From Sphyrna mokarran (lineage: Eukaryota), in contig JAGIQG010000021.1 of NCBI GenBank assembly GCA_024679065.1, forward strand, positions 34,100,001 through 34,164,000: 64,000 nt of DNA. The letters run 5' to 3'. Every line of letters starts with the position of its first letter. Positions within the stretch are counted from its first letter, which is position 1. The notes below the pieces were generated by a model. It saw only the letters and a program-made list of their open reading frames with translations. It made no database searches and was not told where the DNA came from. Shown piece after piece: positions 1 through 12,029 of the stretch. Both the position numbers and the translations under genes were made by a program.

Positions 1-152
1 GTGCCAAGTTTGGTGGCGTTTAAGAGGTTAGTAGATAAGTTTATGGATGAAAAGGGAATGGTTTAGGTTAGAGGGTCATTGCTTTTTCTTAATTGGTCGG
101 CGCAACATCGAAAGCCGAAGGGCCTGTTCTGCGCTGTAATGTTCTATGTTCT
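1..152 (+). mobile_element. CR1 LINE 3' end
   Basis: Near-identical to the end of the CR1 at 39706-39856 (gtggcgtttaagaggttag...gaagggcctgttctg...gttctatgttcta tail). Confidence 0.85.
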
Positions 153-677
153 ATTTGCTTACCTTGCAAGCTTGATGTAGAGATTGAGCCCAAAACCAAG
201 CTGTGGGACAGTGACTACCCTGATCAGATCACTGTCTGCTGTGCATCATGCAAACTCAAATGGATCAAAGGCTGTTTGGCTTTGGACCTAAAAAGTGTTT
301 GGTCAACTTCAAATTACAATAGAAGGGAAAAGTACCTTAAGAATTTGAAGAACAAGAATCAAGTCATTCTATGTTGATGCTATGCAGTGATATTTTCAAT
401 AAACAGGATGCTGCAATCAGTCCAAAAGTTAGTTCTGCTTACCACGTATTTGAGCAAATTCATGCTATGAATTTCAGTGTCAACATGGTGCCAAGTAAGT
501 ATGCCATTTGTCCTAGTGTTTGATTGAATCAAATAGTATGTTTCTTCAGCTATTCATAACAGAGTATAGAGGTATTCAAAAGCCTGCACTTGCAAAAGTC
601 AAAACAAAACATCCATTGTTAAGTATGATTTTGCAATTGTGCAGCATTTGTTGAACAATCCTGAGTGTGCTAACAGT

Positions 678-836
678 CATGATGTAGAGATGTCAGCATT
701 GGACTGGGATAAACACAGTAAGACGTCTGACAACACCAGGTTTAAATCCAACCGATTTATTTGATAGTAAAAAGCTTGTGAGTTTACTGTCAAATAAATC
801 AGCTGGATTTAAACCTGATGTTGTCAGACTTCTTAC
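678..836 (-). mobile_element. Fold-back Penelope-like pLTR mini-element (family A), ribozyme core deleted
   Basis: 58-bp inverted arms 714-771 and 783-840; 12-bp direct repeat tgtgctaacagt at 666-677 and 837-848; homologous to 19500-19647. Confidence 0.7.
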
Positions 837-1092
837 TGTGCTAACAGTTATAGTTTAAGATAATTAGTCCAGCTTGTGACATTGTTCATTTAGGCTTGCT
901 GAAGTGCCATATGCAAGGACCTGTTCTCTGCAAACAAAAGGAATATGTTCAAGTCTTGCATCTTTATGCATTACCACGGCGTCCCTGTTGTTTTCCCCAT
1001 GGCATCTGATCGGCCAAAGTTAGCACTCCAATCAATCATCGCCCTTTTCCTCTGTACTATAAACTGTGATCAGTTGAAATTTGACATTCTTG

Positions 1093-1135
1093 CATTTGTT
1101 CTGATGAGTGCATGATGAAAAGTTTCAGCAATATG
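1093..1135 (+). ncRNA. Minimal type I hammerhead ribozyme (partly degenerate) in a probable Penelope-like pLTR remnant (about 990-1175)
   Basis: catttgtt-CTGATGA(1101-1107)-gtgcatgat-GAAA(1117-1120)-agtt-TC-agcaatatg; stem I pairs, stem II is weak. Confidence 0.6.
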
Positions 1136-2619
1136 TCTTACTTTTCAGCAATACGCAGGTTCTGTACTACTAAACAATTGACTACAGAATGCACTCAACT
1201 GTAATCACTTGGGACAAATTCATAAACTGTGATCAATTGGGAATTTCTAAAAAGTTGGAGTATGTTCATTTCACAACCTTCATTTGCCTAGCTTTCATAG
1301 CACACTTTACACAAAGGGAAAAGAACAGCCTTACCTTCCTCTCTTACCAACACAACGCTATCAGGTGAAAAACAAATCAAACTGGTCCTGATGACAAATT
1401 GGCTACTAAACACAATTTGAACGATAACCTCAGGCTAAACAGTGACTATTCTGATTAAAGTGCAATTTCTCCATATCACACAAGCAGGAGTTTTATCATA
1501 TAAAATTATTTTTTTCACAATTAAATTGGGAGAGTCACAGAACTTTGATCAAAAATGCATTGAATGTACCACTTCCACTTAAGCGGCCCTCAGACCGTGT
1601 AAAAAATCGATCCTCCAAGTGACCAGTCCCAGGTGAATCGCCATGAAATCTCACTATGAAGTCAGCAAGGAATATTTCCATGCATATTTAAACTCCACAT
1701 ATATCATCACTTCCATCACATATTATACAGCAGTATCAGGACTACCATGCAATTTGTATACCTGTTCTATAAAAGGGATCACAAAATACTGAGTAAACCA
1801 GACTAAAAAAACTCAACTTTTGACTTCAGATGTCGCAGGCAGAAATACACCTGCTGATGAAACATGCTAGCAAATGAGCATGTACCATTAACTTAAACCT
1901 AAACACCAAATAAAGATTGCACTTCAGTTTTTGCTGCTTACTCTACAGGACTCCAGTCTCAGATCAGCAATTTCAGCACAGATCCTACAGCCAATGCCTT
2001 TTTGCCATTTTTCTTGTGAACATACTAACTTCAAACACATGCCTGTTCTTCACTTAAAAGTGCAATTCCGAGTCTGCCAGTAGTTTTCCCAACTCTTTTT
2101 TCCTTCAACCCAGACCTCTATTTAGTTTTCACTCCTAGGCCAATCATTCCATGCTTCGTAAATCAACCAATCCCAAAACTGTTGTTTTGCACCTAACCAA
2201 GCAAACTGCATAGACTAGACTCAAAACTGATGCCCACTGCCAATTAGATTTAACAATGGACTACAGTAAATAGGAAAATTAGAAACCTATTATATTAGAT
2301 TTTGATCTTTGCTTTCTCTGAGATAGAGACTTTAGGAACATCATAAAACAGATAAATATACGTATTACACATGTACACCTAAGTATGCAAACACCCAATT
2401 AAACCTCAAGTATCTCCACAGACAGATACACTAAGCCATACACATATACCTGAACAAACATTTACACTCAAAGAGACACACGTACACACACAAATGCAAC
2501 GCAGCTTACTATTGCATACGTGAGAAGATACAAGCCAGCAAAGAATCATTTCACTGCACAATGCAACAATCAAGAAGTGTAAAATTTGAAGAAAGTTAAT
2601 ATGTGCAAGCAGTACCAAC

Positions 2620-2705
2620 CTCTTCTTATACTTCAGAGCCAGTTCTTTCCAATACACAGCTTTTTCTTCTGCAGTTGCTGGTTCTGGGCTTTCCTCACTA
2701 TCCAT
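2620..2705 (-). CDS. NDEL1: NDEL1 (NudE-like 1) first coding exon, coding part; whole exon 2620-2717; gene continues beyond the left edge
   Basis: MDSEESPEPATAEEKAVYWKELALKYKK resembles the NDEL1 N-terminus (MDGED...EETAYWKELSLKYKQ); acceptor ttcttgccctttctAG at 2719-2718, 12 nt of 5'UTR, 86 coding nt, donor AG|GTTGGT at 2619; adjacent to RNF222 as in human. Confidence 0.92.
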
Positions 2706-4689
2706 GATGAAATGGACCTAGAAAGGGCAAGAATACATTGTCATCAATATCCATTTGTAGTAGTTGCCAGGGCAAAGATTAAGAACACAATGACTTACGT
2801 GGCATTAACCAGCAGAAGCTAACAATAAAATTAAATCAATTCTCATGATTTTGGAAGTAAAACCTATACACCAGTTGTTTCATGTAAATAGACAAGATAA
2901 CTACATTCTGCAGGTAGTAGATAGCAATGTTGCATCCACTGTTAGTGGGCTAAAACTTGGTTCTTGCTAAAACACTTCAAAATTGAAGTAACAATTTCAA
3001 CTACCTTTGCAGTATTAACTCATATCTTCCTAGGTCACTCATGCTCCTGCAGCAATATATTTTTAAAAAAATCTATATTTGTTCTTCATTTTAATGCCAT
3101 ATCTTTATGAACAAATCTGTGCTTCATCCAAAGTCTATTTACTAACTATGGTGCAAGTGTCAGATAATGGGAGAACATTGTTTGCTATTTTTCCACCACC
3201 TTAATCGAAGGGCATACTGACTAATTGTAGCTCTTTTACCAGTGACAACACTAATAACTCAACTTAGATGATGGTTCTAATTAGGGTTGTTCTAGTATAT
3301 ATGGCTCATTTAATCACTGAATAAGCTTTCAGAACTGTCACAGGGAACTTGTATTAATATACAGTATTAATATAAAATAGTACGCAATCAACATGGTTCT
3401 TAGAAAGTGTTAGATATTAAACACTTCTTTGCAAGCCTATTGCCAATATTCAAAATAATAGCTCTAATTAAACTTGAAACCACCAGTGGGTTGGATTCTG
3501 CTGGCAGATTTAAAAATTTTTTTTATTATTTTTAAAAGTGGAACAAAAACAACATATTTTTGAGAACAGTCACATTTGCACTCCACCCCTTCTACTTACT
3601 ATGATGTTTGAACTTAGGCTGCCACACAAAAACCTAGCATCAAACTGGATCAAGCCGGCTTTGAAGGAACATTGTTTCGTAAATGCACAAGTTAACTTGC
3701 AAATTACAAAAAGTGAAATCCTATATTAACAACTGGTCTCAAATCAACAGCATTATGAAACACCATTTACGCAGCAACACATTTCAAATAGAATGGCTAA
3801 AAAAGCGCCAGTACTTTACATTGGATCATGAAGCAAAGACAAAGCAATTTGTGTTTGCTGTAACAAGATATGGAACGAAACAAACGTTCCGGTTACTACA
3901 CAACAGCAAAAGGAAAAGCTTAGACTCTCAAAATGGAGCAAGGCATTCCTTTGTATATTCAACTGCTCTTAAAAAAAATCAAATTACCAAGGCTGGATAA
4001 GTCTGTTAATCTGGCATACTGGGCTTTTAGATACAGAAAGGGCTTTTTCGTAGTAAGTACTAAGTAACTCAGCACAGAAGGATGGAAGAAAGAATGATCC
4101 TCTGCAATCCCTTGGAAGTGTGAGGGTTCTTCATTTTTGACTGGAGTAACAAAATTATGGTTTAATATTCATACTTTGTATTTTGGTGTCCCAGCTTTAA
4201 TGTCAAATTCTGATCAAATCTCAATGTCTTTATTAACTTCATTCCCTAAATATCTGTCAACATAGGTGACGTATGTCGCTGCAAGTTGCTTATAAAGGAT
4301 CTCATTCACAAAGTGAGATAGATTAGAAAGGCTTGCAATTAAAGACTCACACTTATATGGTATCTTTCATGATCAAAGTGCCTTACATCCAAAGTACTTT
4401 GGAAATGTAGTCAATTTGTACACAGTAAGCTTCGAGAAATATCAATGCGATAGTGCACATAAAATCAATTTTTGTAATGTCAGAGAATGCCAAGTAGAAC
4501 AGAGTGAAGACTTCTAACTGTGCCAAAGTTCTGGAGCAGTGCTTAAAACTACAAATATTCCATTGGGGTGAGAATATTACCAAGCTGATGGTAGTGGATT
4601 ATCAAAAGGAAACTCAAATGCCTTAAATTATCTCAATCGAAAAACCTGACATTAGGCGTATCATGTAGACCAAGATCACAAGAAAGTGG

Positions 4690-5375
4690 AGTTCAATTCG
4701 ATCATGGCTGATCTTCAACTTTAACTCCACTTTCCCATACTCCATCTTTTGTCATTAATCTTCAGAAATTGATTGATTTAGGTTTTGAACACAAATAATA
4801 ATTGAGCTTCCCAGAGGTTAATCTGGTGAACATCTGTCCTACTACTTCTCTGACAAATATATTTTTCCTTTGATAAGGGGACCAGAACTGTGCACAACAC
4901 TTAACAGCTCAGGTCTTACCAAGGCACTATATAACCAATGCAGCAAGACATCCTTAACCTTGGACTCAAATTCCTTCACAATGAATGCTAACATACCATT
5001 TGTTTACCCAACTGCTTACTGCATCTGCATGCCAGCTTTCAATGACTCATGAACAAGGACGCTCAGGTTCCTTTGGACACCCATACTTCCCAACCTCTAA
5101 CTGTTTAAAAAATATTCCGCCTGCTTGTTTTTTTGACCAGAGTGAATAACTTCACATTTATTCACATTACATTCCACCATCCAGCCCATTTACTTCACCT
5201 GTCTCAGTCACCTTGAAGCCACCTTGTATTCTCCTCACCACTTACATTTCCACTCACTCTGTCCACTCAGCAAATCTGGAAATATTATAAATGGCCCCCA
5301 CATCCAAATCATTACAGATTGTGACCAGCTGTGGACCAATTACCGATCCTTGTGGTTCCCTACTAGTAACAGCCT
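4690..5375 (-). mobile_element. Decayed CR1 LINE fragments
   Basis: Reverse-strand RT C-terminal motifs (ccagaactgtgcaca, cttaccaaggcactatat, ataacttcacatttattcacattacattcca). Confidence 0.75.
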
Positions 5376-5396
5376 GCCAGCCCAAGATTTTTTAAA

Positions 5397-5700
5397 ATTA
5401 TTTCATGGGATGTGGGTGTTTCTACCGTTAGTCAGTATTTATTGCCCATCCCTAATTGCCCTTGAGAAGGTGGTGGTGAAATGCCTTCTTGAATTGATGC
5501 CATCCAATCCACGTGGTGCAGGCACACTCACAGCTTAGGGAGGGAGGGAGTCCCAGGGTTTTGACTCAGTGACAGTGAAGGAATGGTAATATATTCCCAA
5601 GTCACGTTACTGAATGGCTTGGAGGGGAACTTCCAGGTGGGGGTGTTCCCACGTCTGCTGCCCTTGTCCTCCTGGATGGTAGCGTAATGAGTTTGGAAAA
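5397..5700 (-). mobile_element. 3' end of a second CR1-group LINE family
   Basis: ttcatgggatgtggg...tttattgcccatccctaattgcccttgagaaggtggtgg; same family at 9360-9680, 36035-37790 and 63905-64000. Confidence 0.65.
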
Positions 5701-7134
5701 AATGTCTAATGATCCATTAATTTCTACTCTTTGTCCGATAACGAATTCTCAACCCATACAAGTATATTTTACCCAATCCCCTGCGCTCTAATTTTATTTG
5801 CTAAGATCCTGTCTAGGAATTTTTAAAAGCCTTCTGAAAATCCAAATACACCACATCTAAGTCTTCCTGTACATTGTTACAGTCCATCTCTACTTTAAGC
5901 AAACTTCTCACTTTGGTGTTGAGGTAAAATGTTGAAGTTATACTTCAGATTATCAAGTTCAAACCTATACCCAAATGGTGAAAAGTACCAGACATGCCTG
6001 CTCTAGCAGTATCACAACTTCATTAAAAGTTCAACTTGATCAAGGTTCAACTATTCACGAGCTATCCCAAAGAAAGCCTGGTCACACATCAAACCAGTCC
6101 AATTAACATATCTTATTTTCACAGTATCACAGTTCAATGCAAATTGAATTATTCAGTGGTGGAAGCCACACTTTAAAGCTGTTATGGTAAACTGTTTGTT
6201 CAGGAGAGACTCACTATCTTGTTTAATTTTACAAATTGTATGCCATGTAAATTAAATGACAGAAGGTTAACTGGTTTTACATTGACAATTCCAAACACAA
6301 CAGCAGTGTTTCCAGGCACTGGTATTGTATTTGAAATCTCACTACACCAGTTGTTACAACTCCACATAAAACTTCTAATATAGCATAATTCTTAATAATT
6401 TACTACGCAATGCAGCAACATATCTTTTAATTTAGGTATTCTGTGTTGCAACCAGTTGAATGAACTAAAGACTTTTGCACAATTTAAGCTTTTGCATGCA
6501 TATACTTCTGCAAAAACAAACAGCAGCTCAGCTAAAACTTACTACTACATGCCAATGACAGTATAATACCAATTTATCTTCAGTCTAATTAAAGCAACAC
6601 ACACTCCCTCCTCCTCCCCTGACAAGTGACCAAATGCTTCACAATTTGTTAAAGTTACAAACAGAAGCAACTACTTAAACTAAGAATATGCCAAGTCATA
6701 AAGACAAATTGCATCATAAACTGAAAGATATAACATTAAGTGTTGGCAAGACTTGCACTGAAGGACGCTGGCCATGGTTATTGCTTCCGTGCTCACCAGC
6801 CAGTAAGTAATGTGGCTTTCATTAAAATAGGCTGAAAACTAGAGTCAGAGAAGGGGAACGCCTATATCATTATTTCTGGTTTTTAATAACTTTTAGCATA
6901 AGTTAGAAGTTAAAAAGAGTAATGTTATATGTTCCATAGCTGTGCCACCACAAACTCTCACCCTTCACTGAAGGAAAAAGATAATAAAAAATGAGGGAAA
7001 ATGTAGCTCATGGAAAACTGCACTCAGAATTATATACTAACGAAGGTTTTAGTGTTTTCAAGCTTCATATGTTCAACATCTGTACACAATCTTGTTGATA
7101 TATTTACTTAAAGCTTCAGTGCTGTGGAGGATAA

Positions 7135-8005
7135 ATAAGAACAAAGAAAAGCACAACACAGGAAACAGGCCCTATGGTCCTACAAGCCCGCACCACCCAA
7201 TTTAACACTCAGTAAGTGCCTTATTCAAGTCTTTCGTCAATCATCGATGTTTTTGTCTACGTCTAGTGGACTCCACAATAAAGGGGGTGCAAATTTAGGG
7301 AATTATACGTGCACCAGATTAAGGGAGATCCAATTCCAAGACAATTTATTGATACCAATCAGCCTAAAAAGCATGTTTTTGGGATGTGGGAGGAAACTGG
7401 AGCACCTGGAGAAAACCCACACAAGCACAAGGAGAATGTGCAAACTCCCACAGACATTGATCCAAGCCAGAGATCCAACTCAGGTTCCTAGGTCCCTGTA
7501 ACTGCACAGCAGACAGTGATAGTCACAGAGCTGTCATGTTTTTCCGGTTTAAGCGCACACTGATGGACATGAAGCACTAGGCAACTCTCGAAGCAACATC
7601 CAAGAGCAACCCTCGCATGACCCACCGTGCTTATGCCCCTTGTTGGCCAATAAGGCAGACCGAATCGCCTATGGATGTAAAAGGAGATATCAATAAACAT
7701 CAATAGACATACAACAGGCTATACAGGCATTAATGGAAGATCCCCAATAGCTCCAACATAAGTGAAAAGGTGAGCCTTAAAATTTGTTGGACGGTTGATA
7801 GGATATTCCTGGGAATTAATAAATTCCTAGGAATATCCTGAGTCTCTTGATCTTCAACTAAAACATTCTTTTGTATCCCTCCATCTCCAGTCTGCTAATG
7901 TGCCTATCCAGGTAAGTCTTAAACAACCCTAGCGTGTCTGCCTCCACCACCCTACTTGGTAGTGCATTCCAGGGCTCCACAACGCTCTGAGTTATAAAGA
8001 AGTCA
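7135..8005 (-). mobile_element. CR1 3' portion with a V-SINE embedded in the 3' UTR
   Basis: ORF2 end at about 7880-8005, V-SINE body at about 7350-7540, tail agaacaaagaaaagcacaacacaggaaacaggcc at 7138. Confidence 0.7.
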
Positions 8006-8800
8006 AGTGATCCCTTGGATTTTGGCTATTGATATTTTCTGTCATAGAATCTATATTGCAGAATCAGACCACTTGGCCCTTCAAGAATGCATTGACCACA
8101 ATTCTAGCCAGGTCCTATCCCATTCTGTGCCGAGTAGAGAGAAGTGCACATTATCTTACCACCTGGACTCACATCAAGTAGTTTGGGGGGGGGGGGGAAG
8201 CTGTGATACTGCATCTTTTGAGTTCATCACCTTGTCAAATAAATCCATAGCATCAATTTTCCAAACTGTGCAACGTTCTTCCCAATTCAGCTTTCACCAG
8301 ACTGCAGCTATCAATGTCACTGTTTGCTCAGATGTAATGCAACCTCAGGTTTGCTCACACACAAATTGTTTGGTTTTACAAACACAAACTCCTTTTAATC
8401 ACTTTAACTGAAGTTGCAACGAGACCAAGCTTGATTGCTATGCATATGCCTTATGCTACAGCTCTAAACCGCAACTGCAATAATTGAACAATTCAAGTGA
8501 CTTGCTCAATTCACAATGTCTTTAATTTAAATATAATCAACCAGTTTGAAACAGTGCACTTTCATCCCACTCAAGCCAATTTAACAGTTATGTCAAAAAT
8601 CTTGATAAGAAACTGTAATTAAATTGATTACAACAAATTAAAGCTTAATATAATGCTTATGGCCCTAATTCACATTTAGTATATATATTTTAATAAGACC
8701 TTATAAAGATTAAATGTCTAGTTACATATTAGATTATAAAGATGATTTCTCGTTGGTGGATCCAAAAGGGCTACAGCTTTCATTCCAAGCAAATAATAAT

Positions 8801-9310
8801 AGTTAAAACTTCAAGTCAATGACCTTTCATCAAAACTGGGAGAAGTTAGTGATGTACTATAGTCTACTGGTTGCTTGGATTTGGGCTAAACCATTTAGGA
8901 CAGAGTGAGGAGACATTTCTTCACCCAAAGAGTGGTGAGCCTGTGGAATTCATTCTCATAGGAAGTAGTTGATGCCAAAACATTGAATGTATTCAAGAGG
9001 CAGCTGGATATAGCATCTGGGGCGAATGGGATCAAAGGTTAAGGGGAGAAAACAGGGTTACGCTACTGAGTTGGACGATCAGCCATGATCGTGATGAATG
9101 GCAGAGCATGTTCGAAGAGCCAAAGGGCTTCCTGCTATTTTCTATATTTCCATATTTACTACATTTCTAACTTTACCCAGTTCGGATGAAAGGTTGTTGA
9201 CCAAAACTTGAACTCTGTTTCTCTCTCCTCAGCTCTCATATAGTCTGCTGAGTGTTTCCAGAATTTCTGTTTTTAGTTTAGATTACAGCATCTACAATAT
9301 TTTATTTTTC
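8801..9310. mobile_element. Inverted pair of Penelope-like pLTR pieces (family B, degenerate hammerheads) split by a CR1 3' fragment
   Basis: 8801-8856 is the reverse complement of 9160-9214 (acatttctaact..cccagtt(c/t)(t/g)gatgaaagg..ttgac..aact); CR1 3' fragment at about 8890-9150 between them. Confidence 0.6.
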
Positions 9311-9359
9311 TGCTAGAAACTGTTTGCATTAGTTCTTTTTATGATCCTGGGGTCACCAT

Positions 9360-9680
9360 TGGCAGAAACTTAACAGGACGAGTCACATAAATACTATGGC
9401 AACAAAAGCAAGTCAGAATTTGAACAATAACTCACATCAGAAATCAAAACCTTTTCACTATCTACAAGTCAGGAGAGTGATGGAACACTCTTCACTTGCC
9501 TGGAGAAATACTTGCAAAGCCTCACACCAATTTGGACAAAGTTTCCCAGTTGATCAGCACTCCATCCACAATCTTAAATATTTCTCTCTGCCCTGTGCAC
9601 TGTAAGGCAGGCATGTGAAAATACCACCATCTCAAACCTCCTTCCAAGTCATTCGTCATCCTAACTTGGATGTACATTGA
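9360..9680 (+). mobile_element. CR1-group LINE fragment
   Basis: ctacaagtcaggagagtgatggaacactcttcacttgcctgg; complementary to the family at 37370-37790. Confidence 0.55.
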
Positions 9681-9954
9681 ACAGCTCCACAAAGAGTTGG
9701 CAAGCTCAATGGGCTAAATGCTCTCCTTCTGTTCTATATCATTTGAGATTCTATAAAAAGTACAATAATAAGAGTTACATTATAAACATAGAACATAGAA
9801 CATAGAACAATACTTGATATGCATACTAAACCCTTAACATTAAACACCTTTGAAGTCTTACTTTCAGTAAAACAGGCCAAGGCATTTTAGGCAATTTTTT
9901 ACTAAGAATCAAAGCAACGCCAATTGTAAGTATCACTGCAGATGAAATGACTGT

Positions 9955-10385
9955 CATAAGAACATAAACAGGTTAACCCCGTAATGGTCTAACACAGTTC
10001 AGCAAGATTATAGCTGATCTGTAATCCAACTCCATAGATCTGACTTTGCCCTATATCCCTTAATATCTTTGGTTAACAAAACTCTATGCATTTTAGACTT
10101 AAATTAGCAAGTGATCAAGTAGCAATTGCCATTTGTAGCAGAGTTCCAAACTTCTACCTGTGTGTTTGTACATGCATGTATGTGTGCACTTTCTAACATC
10201 ACTCCTGAAAGATCTGACTCTAGTTTTAATGCTGTGCTTCCGAGCACTAGATTCCTAACAGAAAGTTTCTACCGATCCTGCGTCTGTCCCTTGCTACCTT
10301 AAAATTTTGTCAAACCATCCTTTTTTTTAAAGATCCCAGGGAACACAACCTTATGTAATCTTTCCTTGGTACTCAGGTTTCATGC
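9955..10385 (-). mobile_element. Old CR1 3' end
   Basis: cataagaacataa tail, gctgatctgtaatccaactcc, gcagagttccaaact. Confidence 0.55.
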
Positions 10386-10539
10386 TGCTAAATTGGTTAG
10401 CTTTAATCAGTTCATTCTGTTAAAATTGACAATACCATGTAGGCAAATTAAGGATGATCAGTTTGCCATCTTTAGATAAGTGAACAAGATATATATTTAT
10501 ACCATCATCCATTAATCCCATCGGTCAGAAACAAGGCAA

Positions 10540-10940
10540 AAGTGAAGTTCCAGTCTTGGCTCTGTGATAGCCTTCTTGTTTGAGTCAGAAAGTCAAAGCC
10601 CATTTGAGAAATATTTTCACGTAAATTAGTCTGATACTTCAGTGGGGCAGTAATGGAGTAATACATTTTTCCTTTTTGAAAAAATGTCAAACCGAGGTCT
10701 TATCTGCTCTCCCAGGTGGATATGAAAGATCACATGACATTAACTGAAGATGAGCAGGGATCTCCAAGAGTTCTGGCCAAGTTAGTTATCTTTTAAAGTC
10801 ACTCAAATGGTAGTTAGTTAAGCAAATTAGCAGTCGTGTTTCCTTATATTACAGCGTATACATTTCAAATGTACTATGTTGTCTAGAAAACAACAATGTC
10901 CTGAGGCCATGGAAAGCATTATATAAATACAGACTCTTGC
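10540..10940 (+). mobile_element. Deu-domain SINE (SacSINE1/AmnSINE-like)
   Basis: aaaccgaggtc..tctgctctc..aggtggata..aaagatc..atg.ca....tgaaga.gagcaggga Deu-like core with an L2-like tail. Confidence 0.6.
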
Positions 10941-12029
10941 TTCAATAGAAGAAAAATAAATCATTAGACTACCTCCAATTATAGTCCTTTTAACAGCACT
11001 GACCTGTTCTGTAGTGTTAACAGCTAAAAGAAATGGCCAAATATATCTACAGGAGAAATATTCTACAATAATGGGTTCTTTTGCTCTGAATCCTTACATT
11101 TGAGTCTTAGCTTGTCATGCTCTATTTAAAAAAGATTTAGGATCTATCATAAATAAATCACTTCTCAAATACCTTGGTTCATTTATCACCTCAGGTAGAA
11201 TGTCTCAAACTGGCAATCTTTGGACCGTGTCTGTTGGAAAAGCAGACAGCATACTCAAGAACCCTCACGCATACTTGCTTCCACCTACTTTGTCAAGAAT
11301 AAGATACAAGGTCTCAGATCATGTATCAGTCAACTCAAGAACTTCTTCCCTCCTGCCAATTAAGCACTTTGGGTTGGGCGTGATGTGCTGGTAGCTTTAC
11401 CCTATCTTCTAGTGCTACTAGATGACAGACTGCCCGTGTTTGCTATGGGTTCTTGTTGTTGATTTTATTACAACATACCTTTGGTAGGATAGCAAGAAAG
11501 CCCCAGTGGTATCCTGAGTTGGGTTGAGCTGAAACGGGTGGGGTTGAAGGTCATTGGAGCCACCCAGGGCATGAGAAAAGACTGAAAACACGGCTGATAA
11601 GACACCTAGTCAAACAAACTGGTATTTTACTCATTTAATAATTAAAATTTATGCATTACAGTTTATAAGTGTCTGGTTTTCTGATAACTGCATTTAAAAC
11701 ACTGCACCTGTATCAAAATATACTGTAAAAGAAAATAAAATATTTAACTCAACTACATCATTGATTAAAGGTTCTTCTGTCTACAACCTACATCAATCTT
11801 CACAATGCCATTCACTCAACTTCAATATTTTCACAGTTATCTATTCAATATAAACAATTGAAATCCTCTTGAGCAGCTGTGTTCTTTTCATCTATACCCT
11901 GCAGCAATGACAGATAAGACACTAAAGTAGACAGAAAATAGCAATCAATTATTCTCACATACTTCAATAAAACATACATTACAATGAAACATAAGTACCT
12001 TATCAGCAATGTAATATAAAGTGATCTTT

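Noticed and set aside
1388-1870. Isolated CTGATGA motifs at about 1388 and 1854 (also about 57087) as hammerheads
   Set aside because: No correctly spaced stem II, GAAA and UH with a closing stem I
2406-2619. C-terminal part of the 99-aa ORF after KYKK
   Set aside because: Read-through into the intron past the GT donor at 2619; CA-rich and not NDEL1-like
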